From a virus: a stretch of DNA of 64,000 nucleotides. Positions within the stretch are counted from its first letter, which is position 1. Each line of letters starts with the position of its first letter. Location of the stretch: positions 45,022-109,021 of IMG/VR virus record IMGVR_UViG_3300032213_001637; one strand, written 5' to 3'. The position numbers and the translations under genes were made by a program. The notes below the pieces were generated by a model, which worked only from the letters and a program-made list of their open reading frames with translations, had not been told where the DNA came from and did no database searches. Of the stretch, positions 10,113 to 19,825 are shown in pieces.

Positions 10113-10729
10113 ACGAAACATTTTTTGCAGAACATAAAGAGGATCAATTTCTTAGATTAAAATACTTTCCTGATTATAGTTACAAAGGTACTTTGGTTGA
10201 AGTCGGTGGAGCAACTCCCGAGTTTATATCTGTATCTCGTCACTTCACATTAAACGAATGGAGAACAGTTATTGTAGAACCAAATCCTACATTTGCTAAA
10301 CAACACCGTGATATTGGAAATGAAATATACGAATATGCACTATCTGACACTGAGGAAGATGATGTTGATTTTACATTGGTACATATCACCGGAGGCAATG
10401 TCACCGATCACGCATTTTCTTCTTTAAAGATTAAAGACTCATATCAGTCAATATCAAATGGATGGGTGAATAAATTAAATAAAACCCAAATTAAAGTTAA
10501 ACAACGTCGTTTGGACACAATAATTAAAGAAGCGAACATCGAACATATAGACATTCTTTCAGTTGATACCGAAGGTTGGGAATTAGAAGTTATGAAAGGA
10601 CTTAGTTTACTTAGACCCAAGGTAATCATGTTGGAAAATCTATTTAATGAAAACTCGTATCGTGAATATATGACCGAAAGAGGTTATAAGTTTGATACAC
10701 GAATTAAAGACTGTGACATTTATCTATGA
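10109..10729 (+). CDS. FkbM-family methyltransferase
   Basis: LVEVGG, IVEPNP, RRLDTI, IDILSVDTEGWELEVMKG, VIMLE. Confidence 0.88.
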   Translation: MNETFFAEHKEDQFLRLKYFPDYSYKGTLVEVGGATPEFISVSRHFTLNEWRTVIVEPNPTFAKQHRDIGNEIYEYALSDTEEDDVDFTLVHITGGNVTDHAFSSLKIKDSYQSISNGWVNKLNKTQIKVKQRRLDTIIKEANIEHIDILSVDTEGWELEVMKGLSLLRPKVIMLENLFNENSYREYMTERGYKFDTRIKDCDIYL

Positions 10730-11673
10730 AAATTTCAATTATTGGACCCGGAATTATGCCCATACCTCCTAAAGGATGGGGTGCTGTAGAATCTCTGATA
10801 TGGGATTATAATATCGAATTAACCAAACTTGGTTACGATGTGCAAATTGTCAACACACAAAATCGTCAAGAGATTATTAATCAAGTTAATCAATATAATC
10901 CTGACTTTGTACATCTTCAATACGACGACTTGTTTGATGTGTTACCATATATCAAATGTAAACACAAAGCCGCAACTACCCATTATGGCTACCTAGAACA
11001 ACCACATCGTTACGGTGGATATGCTCGAATCTTTGAAGCATTTCTTCGTGGAGACTTTAACATCATCTGTTTATCAGAAGGTATCAAAAACGTATATAAA
11101 AAATATGGTGCCAATGAAAATAGATTGTACATAGTGTGTAACGGTGCAAGACAAGACATGTTCCGATATACCTCCACGCCATCTAAACCCGAAAAGAGCG
11201 TTTATCTCGCTAAAATCACAGATCGAAAACGTCAGTGGATGTATCAAAACATCAATGACATTGACTTTATTGGCAATAAGGACGATAATCGGTTTAATTT
11301 CTCTCGTCCAAACTATATTGGAGAATGGGATAAGCCTACATTGTATGACAATCTAACCAATTATGCCAACTTGGTATTATTGAGTGATGGAGAAGCAGAT
11401 CCACTTGTGACTAAGGAAGCGTTAATTGCGGGTCTTGGAGTGGTTATTTCAGAATGTTCTGTTGCTAATTTGGACTTGTCAAAACCATATATTAGTGTAA
11501 TATCTGAAGATAAAATTTACGATTTAAACTACATTCGTGGCGTTATTGAAACCAACAGACAACAATCGTTGTTACACCGTGATGAAATTCGTCAATATGG
11601 AATTACTAATTTTGCGTGGGAAAACGTTGTGAAACAATATATTAATGTAGTAAATCAAATTATCTCAAAATAA
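10726..11673 (+). CDS. GT4-like glycosyltransferase
   Basis: IPPKGWGAVESLIWDY and LLSDGEADPLVTKEALIAG (EX7E motif). Confidence 0.85.
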   Translation: MKISIIGPGIMPIPPKGWGAVESLIWDYNIELTKLGYDVQIVNTQNRQEIINQVNQYNPDFVHLQYDDLFDVLPYIKCKHKAATTHYGYLEQPHRYGGYARIFEAFLRGDFNIICLSEGIKNVYKKYGANENRLYIVCNGARQDMFRYTSTPSKPEKSVYLAKITDRKRQWMYQNINDIDFIGNKDDNRFNFSRPNYIGEWDKPTLYDNLTNYANLVLLSDGEADPLVTKEALIAGLGVVISECSVANLDLSKPYISVISEDKIYDLNYIRGVIETNRQQSLLHRDEIRQYGITNFAWENVVKQYINVVNQIISK

Positions 11674-11676
11674 GTT

Positions 11677-12762
11677 ATGTACGATTATTTAATTGTAGGC
11701 AGTGGTATGTTTGGATCAGTGTGTGCAAGAGAACTCACTGATAAAGGTTACAAGTGTTTGGTGATTGAAAAACGCAATCATATTGGTGGCAATTGTTATA
11801 CTGAAAACAAAGATGGTATTAACATTCACAAGTATGGCGCTCACATATTTCACACATCCAATAAAGAGATTTGGGATTATATCAATAAGTTTGCGAAGTT
11901 TAATAACTTTGTAAATCATGTCAAGGTCAATTATAACGGTCAAATTTATTCTTTTCCGGTTAACATGATGACACTGCATCAAATCTATGGAGTAACCACA
12001 CCAGAACAAGCAAAAAAGAAACTAGATGAAGTTCGTATTCACAATGAAAATCCAAAGAACTTAGAAGAGTGGATACTATCGCAAGTAGGAAAAGAAATAT
12101 ACGAAATATTCATCAAAGGATATACCACAAAACAATGGGGAAGACATCCCGTAGATTTACCATCTTCCATTATTAAACGTCTTCCTATTCGATTTACCTA
12201 CGATGATAGTTACTATGGACTTGACTATCAAGGTGTTCCTATCGGTGGTTACACTCAAATATTTGAAAAGTTATTGGATGGAATCGAAGTACGGTTGAAT
12301 GAGGACTATCTTCAAAACAAAGAGTCACTTAACAATGTCGCTAAAAAAGTTATTTATACCGGTTCAATTGATGCATACTATAACTACTGTTTTGGAAACT
12401 TGAACTACAGAAGTCTAAAGTTTGAAACTGAACGAATTGAAATACCGGATTATCAAGGAAACGCAGTTGTCAACTATACAGAACTTCATGTTCCATTTAC
12501 CCGAATTCTTGAACATAAACATTTTGATCCTGTTAATACAAACTTCACCTATATTACACGTGAATATCCAAGAGAATATGGTGAAGGACTTGAACCATAT
12601 TATCCTATAAATGATAAAGTTAATACACCAATATATGAGAAGTATAAAACATTAACTGAAAAAGAATCGAATGTTATATTTGGTGGTCGGTTGGCTGAAT
12701 ATAGATACTATGATATGCATCAAGTGATTGGTTCCGCATTACACACCTGTAAAAAACTATGA
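11677..12762 (+). CDS. glf: UDP-galactopyranose mutase
   Basis: LIVGSGMFG FAD motif, HIGGNCY, HKYGAHIFHT, YTTKQWG, PYYPIND, GRLAEYRYYDMHQVI. Confidence 0.97.
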   Translation: MYDYLIVGSGMFGSVCARELTDKGYKCLVIEKRNHIGGNCYTENKDGINIHKYGAHIFHTSNKEIWDYINKFAKFNNFVNHVKVNYNGQIYSFPVNMMTLHQIYGVTTPEQAKKKLDEVRIHNENPKNLEEWILSQVGKEIYEIFIKGYTTKQWGRHPVDLPSSIIKRLPIRFTYDDSYYGLDYQGVPIGGYTQIFEKLLDGIEVRLNEDYLQNKESLNNVAKKVIYTGSIDAYYNYCFGNLNYRSLKFETERIEIPDYQGNAVVNYTELHVPFTRILEHKHFDPVNTNFTYITREYPREYGEGLEPYYPINDKVNTPIYEKYKTLTEKESNVIFGGRLAEYRYYDMHQVIGSALHTCKKL

Positions 12763-13664
12763 AAATACAAATTGTTACACACCTTCTTCCCCACGAATTA
12801 GATGAATTTGAACGTCAATTGACCGTATTGAGTCAAGAAATGATTGATTGTCATGAAGTTACCTTGGATGTTACATTGAATTTGAACACAGTTGATTGGA
12901 ACAAAACAAAAATTCCAAAGGATTTCTTTATTGAGAAGTTCGAATCATTGTCAAAGTACGTTACTCATACCAGTTGGGCAAGAAACTACATCTTTGATGT
13001 AGATGACCATGGTACTTGTAGAGGGATCAACGACAAACGTCGTAATAGCATACGTAAATACGGTAAAGATGTAGACGCATTTATATACTTGGATTCAGAC
13101 TTGGTATTTCCTCCAGCAACTTTGTCATATTCGATACACTGTGCTACTCAGGTAAAGAACAAATATTATATTATTTCACCTCAAATCACCAAAATTTGGG
13201 ATCAAACATGGGACCATTTGGTAAATCATCAGTTCATTAACAACAAATATGGAAGTGAAAAGACGATCAATCCATATTTTGAAGTCAACCGTAAATCATA
13301 TTTGAATCACATCAATCTTATCAAATGTGATCCTACCAAATTTGGTGGTGGATGGTTCAATTTAATTAGTTCCAACCTATTAACATTTACAGATATACCC
13401 GATGCACTTGGACCCTATGGCGTTGATGATACCTATGTTATGTTCGCGGCTCAAATCATGAAAGTCAATAATATTGATTTCCAACAATATTTAATGGAAC
13501 ACATTATTGTAGCTGAGAACTATTTATTGAGACACAATTCATACAAAGATTACATAACCTATTTCGAAGACAGAAACAACTTCAAAAGCAAGGCGGAGGC
13601 ATCATTAGGCGACTGCCTAAGAGACTTTGTTAACAAAAACCAATACACATTCAAACATCTATGA
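12759..13664 (+). CDS. Putative GT-A glycosyltransferase
   Basis: DxD motif IYLDSD, KFGGGWF, GPYGVDDT. Confidence 0.55.
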   Translation: MKIQIVTHLLPHELDEFERQLTVLSQEMIDCHEVTLDVTLNLNTVDWNKTKIPKDFFIEKFESLSKYVTHTSWARNYIFDVDDHGTCRGINDKRRNSIRKYGKDVDAFIYLDSDLVFPPATLSYSIHCATQVKNKYYIISPQITKIWDQTWDHLVNHQFINNKYGSEKTINPYFEVNRKSYLNHINLIKCDPTKFGGGWFNLISSNLLTFTDIPDALGPYGVDDTYVMFAAQIMKVNNIDFQQYLMEHIIVAENYLLRHNSYKDYITYFEDRNNFKSKAEASLGDCLRDFVNKNQYTFKHL

Positions 13665-14014
13665 TAAACCTGATAAACATACTAAATACTACATTTATTG
13701 GAGTTGCATTTTTGGTTGTGTGGTTTCATACAGAAGCGTTTCTTGAATACAGTGGTTTGTTTAAAATGAAACGTCTTTTTAAAATAGATGAATTTGAAAA
13801 AGCACAAGAAAACGATTTCAGTTTAGAATACTTACAGTGGATAAAACAAACCTATCCAAACTTCTTCACTAAACTTGTCAATTGCCCGTGGTGTATTGGG
13901 TTTTGGTTTACCGTATTATCTTCATGGATTTTCTCCACGTTTTACATATTTCCCGTAACTTATGTGTTTACACTTGTTATATATTTACTTATCGTAAATA
14001 AGTTTTTTAAATAA
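13661..14014 (+). CDS. Small membrane protein with CxxC (DUF1360-like)
   Basis: Hydrophobic segments and the motif LVNCPWCIGFW. Confidence 0.55.
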   Translation: MINLINILNTTFIGVAFLVVWFHTEAFLEYSGLFKMKRLFKIDEFEKAQENDFSLEYLQWIKQTYPNFFTKLVNCPWCIGFWFTVLSSWIFSTFYIFPVTYVFTLVIYLLIVNKFFK

Positions 14015-14015
14015 T

Positions 14016-14309
14016 ATGATACTGGTTCAAAACTTCACCGAATTTTACAACATATTAAAAACGCACAATGGAATACCCAATTCAGTTTCTAAACTGAAAG
14101 AGTATGTATTATTGGTAGAACGTTTTAAAAATACGTGCAGTTGTAGAGGTACCGAAAAACAACGTGTAAAAAACGAGTGTGAATCCCAATACCGATTATT
14201 GGTTATAACCGAAGTTAGTAACCATATCAATCTATTCAAAAACTCTTTGGGTGATGGTAACATTAAATTTATTCAAAATAATGTTATCATCCAAGAGTTT
14301 AATGTTTGA
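14016..14309 (+). CDS. Hypothetical protein
   Basis: 97 aa ORF coupled to the upstream gene; contains CSC. Confidence 0.6.
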   Translation: MILVQNFTEFYNILKTHNGIPNSVSKLKEYVLLVERFKNTCSCRGTEKQRVKNECESQYRLLVITEVSNHINLFKNSLGDGNIKFIQNNVIIQEFNV

Positions 14310-15272
14310 TTATAGATAACTTTCAATAGTTGTCTTTAAAGCGTTTGAAAAGTCTGTAAGGTTCATTTGTCCAAACTTCTGTTCATAATCAAAGGTCTCA
14401 ATCGAATAACGCAAGTCATGTCCCTTGCGATCTTCTACATAGTTGATATAATCATAGTCGATCTTAGTGTTAGTAACATCTTCATAAACAGATTTAATAT
14501 GTTCAATCAACTCAAGATTGGTTAATTCATTCTTTCCGCCAATCAAATACTGACTTCCTACATCCCCAGTTTCAAGAACGTCCCAAATACAGTTAACGTG
14601 ATCTTTTACATAAATCCAATCACGTACATTTTGACCAGTTCCATATACAGGAATTGGTTCACGGTTTTTCAACTTACGAATACAAGTTGGAATTAACTTT
14701 TCACCATTTTGTCTTGGTCCAAAATTATTGCTACAATTAGTAATGATAGCAGGTAACTTATATGTCTTAACATAACTACGTACAAGTAAGTCACTTGCAG
14801 CCTTTGTGGCAGAATATGGACTGTTGGGTCGATATGGACTATCTACAGTAAATGAAGACTCCTTTGCATTCAATGATCCATACACTTCATCAGTGGATAT
14901 ATGAATAAACTTCTCTACCTTTCCATAATCATATATCGCTTTAATCAAATTAAATGTTCCCAAAACATTGGTGGTAACAAACGGATCGGGAGAATAAATT
15001 GAATTATCAACATGAGTTTCTGCGGCAAAGTTTACTACATGAGTAATCTCAAACTTATTCAACGTCTGCCACAGAATAACACCATCGTTAATATCCGCAA
15101 CATAATGTTTATATCGTGGATCAACATTAAACTGTAAATTCTTATTGGCAGCATATGTTAACTTATCAAAGTTAATGATATTGTCAATATCAGGATTGTT
15201 CAATAACTTCTCTACAAAATGTGATCCTATAAAACCACATCCACCTGTGACTAAAACGTTTTTCTTATTCAT
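14310..15272 (-). CDS. rmlB: dTDP-glucose 4,6-dehydratase
   Basis: VLVTGGCGFIGS, DKLTYA, NFAAETHVDNS, HISTDEVYG, PYSATKA, DRKGHDLRY. Confidence 0.96.
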   Translation of the reverse strand: MNKKNVLVTGGCGFIGSHFVEKLLNNPDIDNIINFDKLTYAANKNLQFNVDPRYKHYVADINDGVILWQTLNKFEITHVVNFAAETHVDNSIYSPDPFVTTNVLGTFNLIKAIYDYGKVEKFIHISTDEVYGSLNAKESSFTVDSPYRPNSPYSATKAASDLLVRSYVKTYKLPAIITNCSNNFGPRQNGEKLIPTCIRKLKNREPIPVYGTGQNVRDWIYVKDHVNCIWDVLETGDVGSQYLIGGKNELTNLELIEHIKSVYEDVTNTKIDYDYINYVEDRKGHDLRYSIETFDYEQKFGQMNLTDFSNALKTTIESYL

Positions 15273-16528
15273 ATAATTTCAAATGTGGGACACGGAACAA
15301 TAAAATGACCACCAGCCATCAAATACGGTGCTTCTCTCCTCTTGAATTCATCAATAAAATGCCAAGGCAAAATCAAAAGATAATCTGGTCTAGCCTTTCT
15401 CATTTCATTTTCAGAATATATAGGAATGTCAGTGCCAACTGTTCTTAGTCCAAATTTATATGGACTACGTTCAGCCGCACCATCAATCAACCGTTTATCC
15501 AATCCAAAGTACTGTAATAATGTATTTCCCTTAGTAGATGCTCCGTATACCCAAATCTTTTTACCTTTCAACTTCTCTTGTTTGATGAAGTTATACGTTT
15601 TAATCTTCAACTCTTGAAGTTTCTTATAGAAATCCATGTAAAATTCAATAGTGTTTGCACCAATCTTGTTTTCATATTCCAAAATAGAGTTTACACGATA
15701 ACGAGCGACATCACGATATGGCGCAGTAGCGAAAGAAGTAACCTTAGCGACATCTTTCTGTAGATATACTCTAAATGATCCACCGTTAACATCATTCAAC
15801 TCACAATCAACAATTTTAAACTTGGCTCTATCAGCAACATGTTTAAATGAATGTAATGAATAGTACATTAAATGTTCATGACAAATGTTATCAAATGCCA
15901 TTTGTTGAATCATCAACGGAGTATAACTCATTTGAACCACAAACATTCCTTCATCACCCAACACGTCATAAATCTCATTCATGAACGCAACTGGGTCAGG
16001 CAAGTCATAGAACATCGCAATACATGTGATTACGTCACACTTACGTCCTTTAAAAATACTTCGATCAAATGCGTCCTTAGAGAAGTAGTCTTGAATTACC
16101 TGATCAGCAAACTTAACACTCTCTTTGGTATATGAATCATCCGCTGGATCAATTCCTAGACGAGCATATGGTGTGGGAACATAGTTCAACAACGTTCCAT
16201 CGTTACACGCAATATCCAACCATAACGGAGTATCACATGGAATGTGCACATTGATACAACTATCAACCACGTTTTTAAGTTGATTACGCATGGTTTGATT
16301 AGTACCAGAACGATACCAATACTGACCATACATTTTGTTTGGATCGGCGCCCTGTTCTAACTGTACCAACTTTGATGTCGGTGAAAACATCAACTTCATT
16401 TCAGACTTATAATCGTCAGATGGTTGTTTTTTTACAAAGTTTGAAATGAACAAATTACCCAACGTAAACAACGGAGTTAATGTATCATTTGATACCCGAC
16501 AATTTGTAACTTTTTCAGTATATTTCAT
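15269..16528 (-). CDS. NDP-hexose C-methyltransferase (TylCIII/NovU/TcaB9-like)
   Basis: YWYRS, LDIACNDGTLL, FDNICHEHLMYYS, GGSFRV, YGASTKGNTLLQY, PDYLLILPWHF. Confidence 0.9.
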   Translation of the reverse strand: MKYTEKVTNCRVSNDTLTPLFTLGNLFISNFVKKQPSDDYKSEMKLMFSPTSKLVQLEQGADPNKMYGQYWYRSGTNQTMRNQLKNVVDSCINVHIPCDTPLWLDIACNDGTLLNYVPTPYARLGIDPADDSYTKESVKFADQVIQDYFSKDAFDRSIFKGRKCDVITCIAMFYDLPDPVAFMNEIYDVLGDEGMFVVQMSYTPLMIQQMAFDNICHEHLMYYSLHSFKHVADRAKFKIVDCELNDVNGGSFRVYLQKDVAKVTSFATAPYRDVARYRVNSILEYENKIGANTIEFYMDFYKKLQELKIKTYNFIKQEKLKGKKIWVYGASTKGNTLLQYFGLDKRLIDGAAERSPYKFGLRTVGTDIPIYSENEMRKARPDYLLILPWHFIDEFKRREAPYLMAGGHFIVPCPTFEII

Positions 16529-16529
16529 A

Positions 16530-17390
16530 TTATTTCCAGTTCTCTAAACAGTAATCTAATGCTTCATCTACAGTTCTCATTTTAATTCCAGTTGATAACA
16601 ATTTTTGATTGTTCATAACACAGTTGGAACGTGGTGTTTTTGCGGCTGTGGTATAAAACGATTCTTCATTATCAAAAAATTCGAAGACTTTATCTTTAGC
16701 AATAGTCTTTTGCATTTTTTCAATAACTTGTTTTGTAGTTATAAATCCAGTATTAGTAACGTTGTAAATACCATACGGTACATCTCGCGTAATAGTTTCA
16801 ATACAAGCACGTACAAACTCTTGTTTATTAGATATAGAATTTTCAGCATCTAATAGTTTTTTATAATTCAACATTTTGGATAGATAATTACGAGGATTGT
16901 CAATATCTTCAAATGGAATTCTCAATCGCCAAATATAATGTTTAGGAGAATTCTTTATGATGATATTTTCCGCCATAGCCTTTGTTCCACTATAAAAGCT
17001 ACAATTGTTTTGTTCAAAACTGAAATTGGGAGGATCAAATTCGGTAAACGGACTTCCATCACTACGCCGTCCAGTATAAATACACCCACTTGACACATGT
17101 GCAAACGTAATATTATTGTTTCCACAAAACGTTGACAATATAGTAGGTAGTACAACATTACCATAAATGGTGTTATGTTTATCAGTTTCACACGCATCTA
17201 CATTTGGTTTGCCAGTGTATCCAGCACAATTAATGATTGCAGTTAACTTTAACGATTTGTGTAGAAGTTGTAATTGTGTGTATGTAATGTCCCTAGAAGG
17301 AATATGTGTACGAGTTGGAATTCCTTTTTGAAATAGTTGTTTATAAAACTCTTTTCCAACATAACCATTTGAACCTAATAATAAAATCAT
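16530..17390 (-). CDS. dTDP-4-keto-6-deoxyhexose reductase, NRS/ER (3,5-epimerase/4-reductase)-like
   Basis: LLGSNGYVG, NCAGYTGKPNVDACE, SSGCIY, SFYSGTK, LRIPF, RSNCVM. Closer to the NRS/ER type than to classical RmlD. Confidence 0.82.
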   Translation of the reverse strand: MILLLGSNGYVGKEFYKQLFQKGIPTRTHIPSRDITYTQLQLLHKSLKLTAIINCAGYTGKPNVDACETDKHNTIYGNVVLPTILSTFCGNNNITFAHVSSGCIYTGRRSDGSPFTEFDPPNFSFEQNNCSFYSGTKAMAENIIIKNSPKHYIWRLRIPFEDIDNPRNYLSKMLNYKKLLDAENSISNKQEFVRACIETITRDVPYGIYNVTNTGFITTKQVIEKMQKTIAKDKVFEFFDNEESFYTTAAKTPRSNCVMNNQKLLSTGIKMRTVDEALDYCLENWK

Positions 17391-17405
17391 AACCGGGAAT
17401 ATATA

Positions 17406-18245
17406 TCAAAGAATAGATTCCAAATAATTTCTATATTCGGATTTTGGTGTTTTTTCAATTATAATTTTGTATTGATCCACATTGATAAAGCCATTGTTTA
17501 AACAATCTTCTTCAATACAAGCAATTTTGATACCCTGACGTTCCTGAATAGTTTGAACATAACTACTAGCTTGTGCTAATGTAGTTGGTGTTCCAGCGTC
17601 CAACCATACAGATCCACGTTTCATTAACGTGGCATACAACTCATTTCTTTCCAAAAACACTTTGTTTACGTCAGTGATTTCCAATTCACCTCTAGCAGAT
17701 GGTTTTAACTTTTTAGCAATACCAACCACCGCATTATCATAAAAATATAAACCCGGAACCGCATATTTACTCTTAGGAACCTCTGGTTTTTCTTCTATTG
17801 ACTTTACTCGTCCATCATAAGAAAACTCAACCACACCATAATCCCGTGGGTTTGTTACTGAATATGCAAAGATTTGTGCCGGTGAAAACAACGTATCAAC
17901 CAAGGTTCCAAAAATAATGTTATCACCCAATATCAAAGATACACAATCCTTCTTAATAAAATCTTCAGCGATCAAAAATGATTGAGCAATACCTTTTGGT
18001 TGTGGTTGTACACCATATACAATCTTTAATCCCAAATGTTTTCCATTTCCAAATAACGCCTTGTACTCAGGAATCCATTTGGGCGTAGATATAATCATGA
18101 TTTCTCGGATTCCTTTGTTAATCAATGTTGACAAAGGATAATAAATCATGGGTTTATCAAATACAGGCAACAACTGTTTGTTACATGTACATGTAAGTGG
18201 ATATAACCTACTACCAGTTCCACCAGATAAAATAATGCCTTTCAT
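17406..18245 (-). CDS. rmlA: Glucose-1-phosphate thymidylyltransferase
   Basis: KGIILSGGTGSRLYPLT..NKQLLPVFDKPMIYYPL, LILGDN, EEKP, SARGELEITD, WLDAGT. Confidence 0.97.
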   Translation of the reverse strand: MKGIILSGGTGSRLYPLTCTCNKQLLPVFDKPMIYYPLSTLINKGIREIMIISTPKWIPEYKALFGNGKHLGLKIVYGVQPQPKGIAQSFLIAEDFIKKDCVSLILGDNIIFGTLVDTLFSPAQIFAYSVTNPRDYGVVEFSYDGRVKSIEEKPEVPKSKYAVPGLYFYDNAVVGIAKKLKPSARGELEITDVNKVFLERNELYATLMKRGSVWLDAGTPTTLAQASSYVQTIQERQGIKIACIEEDCLNNGFINVDQYKIIIEKTPKSEYRNYLESIL

Positions 18246-18907
18246 TTTTTGAACATCGTTTCGTAAATTGGTGACACAATCTTGTTCAGAGTTTCATCGT
18301 TCATAATATCCTGATATGTTTTACCGGTGGAATTTATATGTTCCCATTCAACCAAAACGTCGGATTCATCCTTAACCTTAGGATCGTTCCAACGTTCATG
18401 ATCATTCGCAGGATCAGTCCAAATCTTTTTGGTTGTATTGGCAATATCACTACGAATACGTCTTCCATCTGTAGGAAAACCATATGTGTACTTGGAAACG
18501 TGAATTAACTTACCTTGCAAATCGTTGGTAATCCAATACACTTCGTCTTTTGGATAAAAGTTATACCGAATATCTGTTATAAAAATAACATCCGAATTAT
18601 CCTTTTCCATATCAGATTGAAGTTTCTCGGTCCAATAACGACCATGTGTTTGTTTACGTTTTACATCACCATACCAAACAAGCATATCTCGAAATACCTT
18701 TTTTTCTTCAGTATTCTCCGTAAAAACATCCACCCCCAACTTATCCTGTATAAACTCCTTACAGTCATTCTTGAGATAATACGCTAAAGCATAAGAACTG
18801 ACTGACAATCCATATGTTTCGGCAATGATTTTCTTTGATATATCACAAAACAAGTTCTTGCCTGATCTTGCGACTCCAGATATTCCGATATAAACTTTTT
18901 TATTCAT
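18242..18907 (-). CDS. Deoxynucleoside monophosphate kinase-like P-loop kinase
   Basis: IGISGVARSGK P-loop, ALAYYLK, R..LVWYG..KR, ITDIRY. Confidence 0.7.
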   Translation of the reverse strand: MNKKVYIGISGVARSGKNLFCDISKKIIAETYGLSVSSYALAYYLKNDCKEFIQDKLGVDVFTENTEEKKVFRDMLVWYGDVKRKQTHGRYWTEKLQSDMEKDNSDVIFITDIRYNFYPKDEVYWITNDLQGKLIHVSKYTYGFPTDGRRIRSDIANTTKKIWTDPANDHERWNDPKVKDESDVLVEWEHINSTGKTYQDIMNDETLNKIVSPIYETMFKK

Positions 18908-19418
18908 TTGTCATTAGTTTTTCCGCTTCTTCGTCGGTCAAACCATACGCTTTACATATATTGATCATTTCTGTTAAACCACTATCTGTTTGACTTAAAA
19001 TTTCAACATATTCTTCTACTTCTGAAGATGAACATTCATACCATCGTGCCAGCAATTGATAAAACTCCGAAGAGTATTTTGTCTTTGATGGTTTGATATA
19101 GGGATGAAAATATTTAGTACGAGGTACAGTTGCAATCAATACCTGATAAAAGTTCTCAGACGGCATACTGTCCTGATACTTTCCAATATAAGAAAGTGAA
19201 TCAAGAGAGTTACGATCCATCGACAAAAACTTCATCAACATCACGTGAGCAAAACTCTTTTTGTCAGCATCACTTAACGTTGAAAAGTACTTGGGATTTT
19301 GAACATTACGTATGTGGTTAACATGATCAAATAACCCCAAGGCCTTTGGTGTGCTAATATTACTGTCTTCTGTTGATGCTTTTTTGGATTTCTTTGGTGA
19401 CGTTTTTCTTGTTGCCAT
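18900..19418 (-). CDS. Clamp loader small subunit (T4 gp62-like)
   Basis: LFDHVNHI..F...MLMKFLSM..Y..L...VP..K.F.PYIK pattern; size and replication context fit. Confidence 0.6.
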   Translation of the reverse strand: MATRKTSPKKSKKASTEDSNISTPKALGLFDHVNHIRNVQNPKYFSTLSDADKKSFAHVMLMKFLSMDRNSLDSLSYIGKYQDSMPSENFYQVLIATVPRTKYFHPYIKPSKTKYSSEFYQLLARWYECSSSEVEEYVEILSQTDSGLTEMINICKAYGLTDEEAEKLMTNE

Positions 19419-19662
19419 GATTTTGATTCCGTAACGATTTAAGATCAGAGGATAACACCTTCTGGTTGGTTAGTAAAGTTGTTATAACCTTGTTTACATC
19501 GTTGGTATTTTCATCAATAATTTTTTTGTTGGCGAGTAACATCTTGTGAACCTTATATAAGTAAAATACCACTAGGACGAATCCCAGTGGTATCAGTACT
19601 TCAAACTTATAGGTTAACAAAGATAATACTACCAATATGGTAAGTATAGTCTTTTTAATCAT
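19360..19662 (-). CDS. Hypothetical membrane-anchored coiled-coil protein
   Basis: Two N-terminal hydrophobic stretches followed by a heptad-like C-terminus. Confidence 0.6.
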   Translation of the reverse strand: MIKKTILTILVVLSLLTYKFEVLIPLGFVLVVFYLYKVHKMLLANKKIIDENTNDVNKVITTLLTNQKVLSSDLKSLRNQNHGNKKNVTKEIQKSINRRQ

Positions 19663-19663
19663 A

Positions 19664-19801
19664 TTATTCTTCTTCTTCTCTTTCGAATGGTTGATTCTTA
19701 TCGAATTTTCCTGGCTTGGACTTGTTCGAACTTTGTTCTACCTTACGATTCTTTTTCTTACGTTGAAAAGAATCCGAATTCTTTCTATAAGTCTTTCCCA
19801 T
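19664..19801 (-). CDS. Small basic protein, 45 aa (absent from the ORF track)
   Basis: ATG at 19801 to TAA at 19664 reads MGKTYRKNSDSFQRKKKNRKVEQSSNKSKPGKFDKNQPFEREEEE; it fills the gap between co-oriented genes. Confidence 0.65.
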   Translation of the reverse strand: MGKTYRKNSDSFQRKKKNRKVEQSSNKSKPGKFDKNQPFEREEEE

Positions 19802-19825
19802 ATCTCTGTCTATGTTAGTTCTTGT

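Noticed and set aside
203-18245. Bacterial O-antigen or capsule locus flanking a prophage
   Set aside because: It is directly coupled to phage-type genes at both ends (dUTPase; rmlA overlaps the dNMP kinase), and there is no wzx/wzy/ABC exporter, integrase or att-like junction.
18242-18907. Phosphomevalonate kinase
   Set aside because: The fold is shared with dNMP kinases, there are no mevalonate genes here, and the phage nucleotide-metabolism context favours a dNMP kinase.
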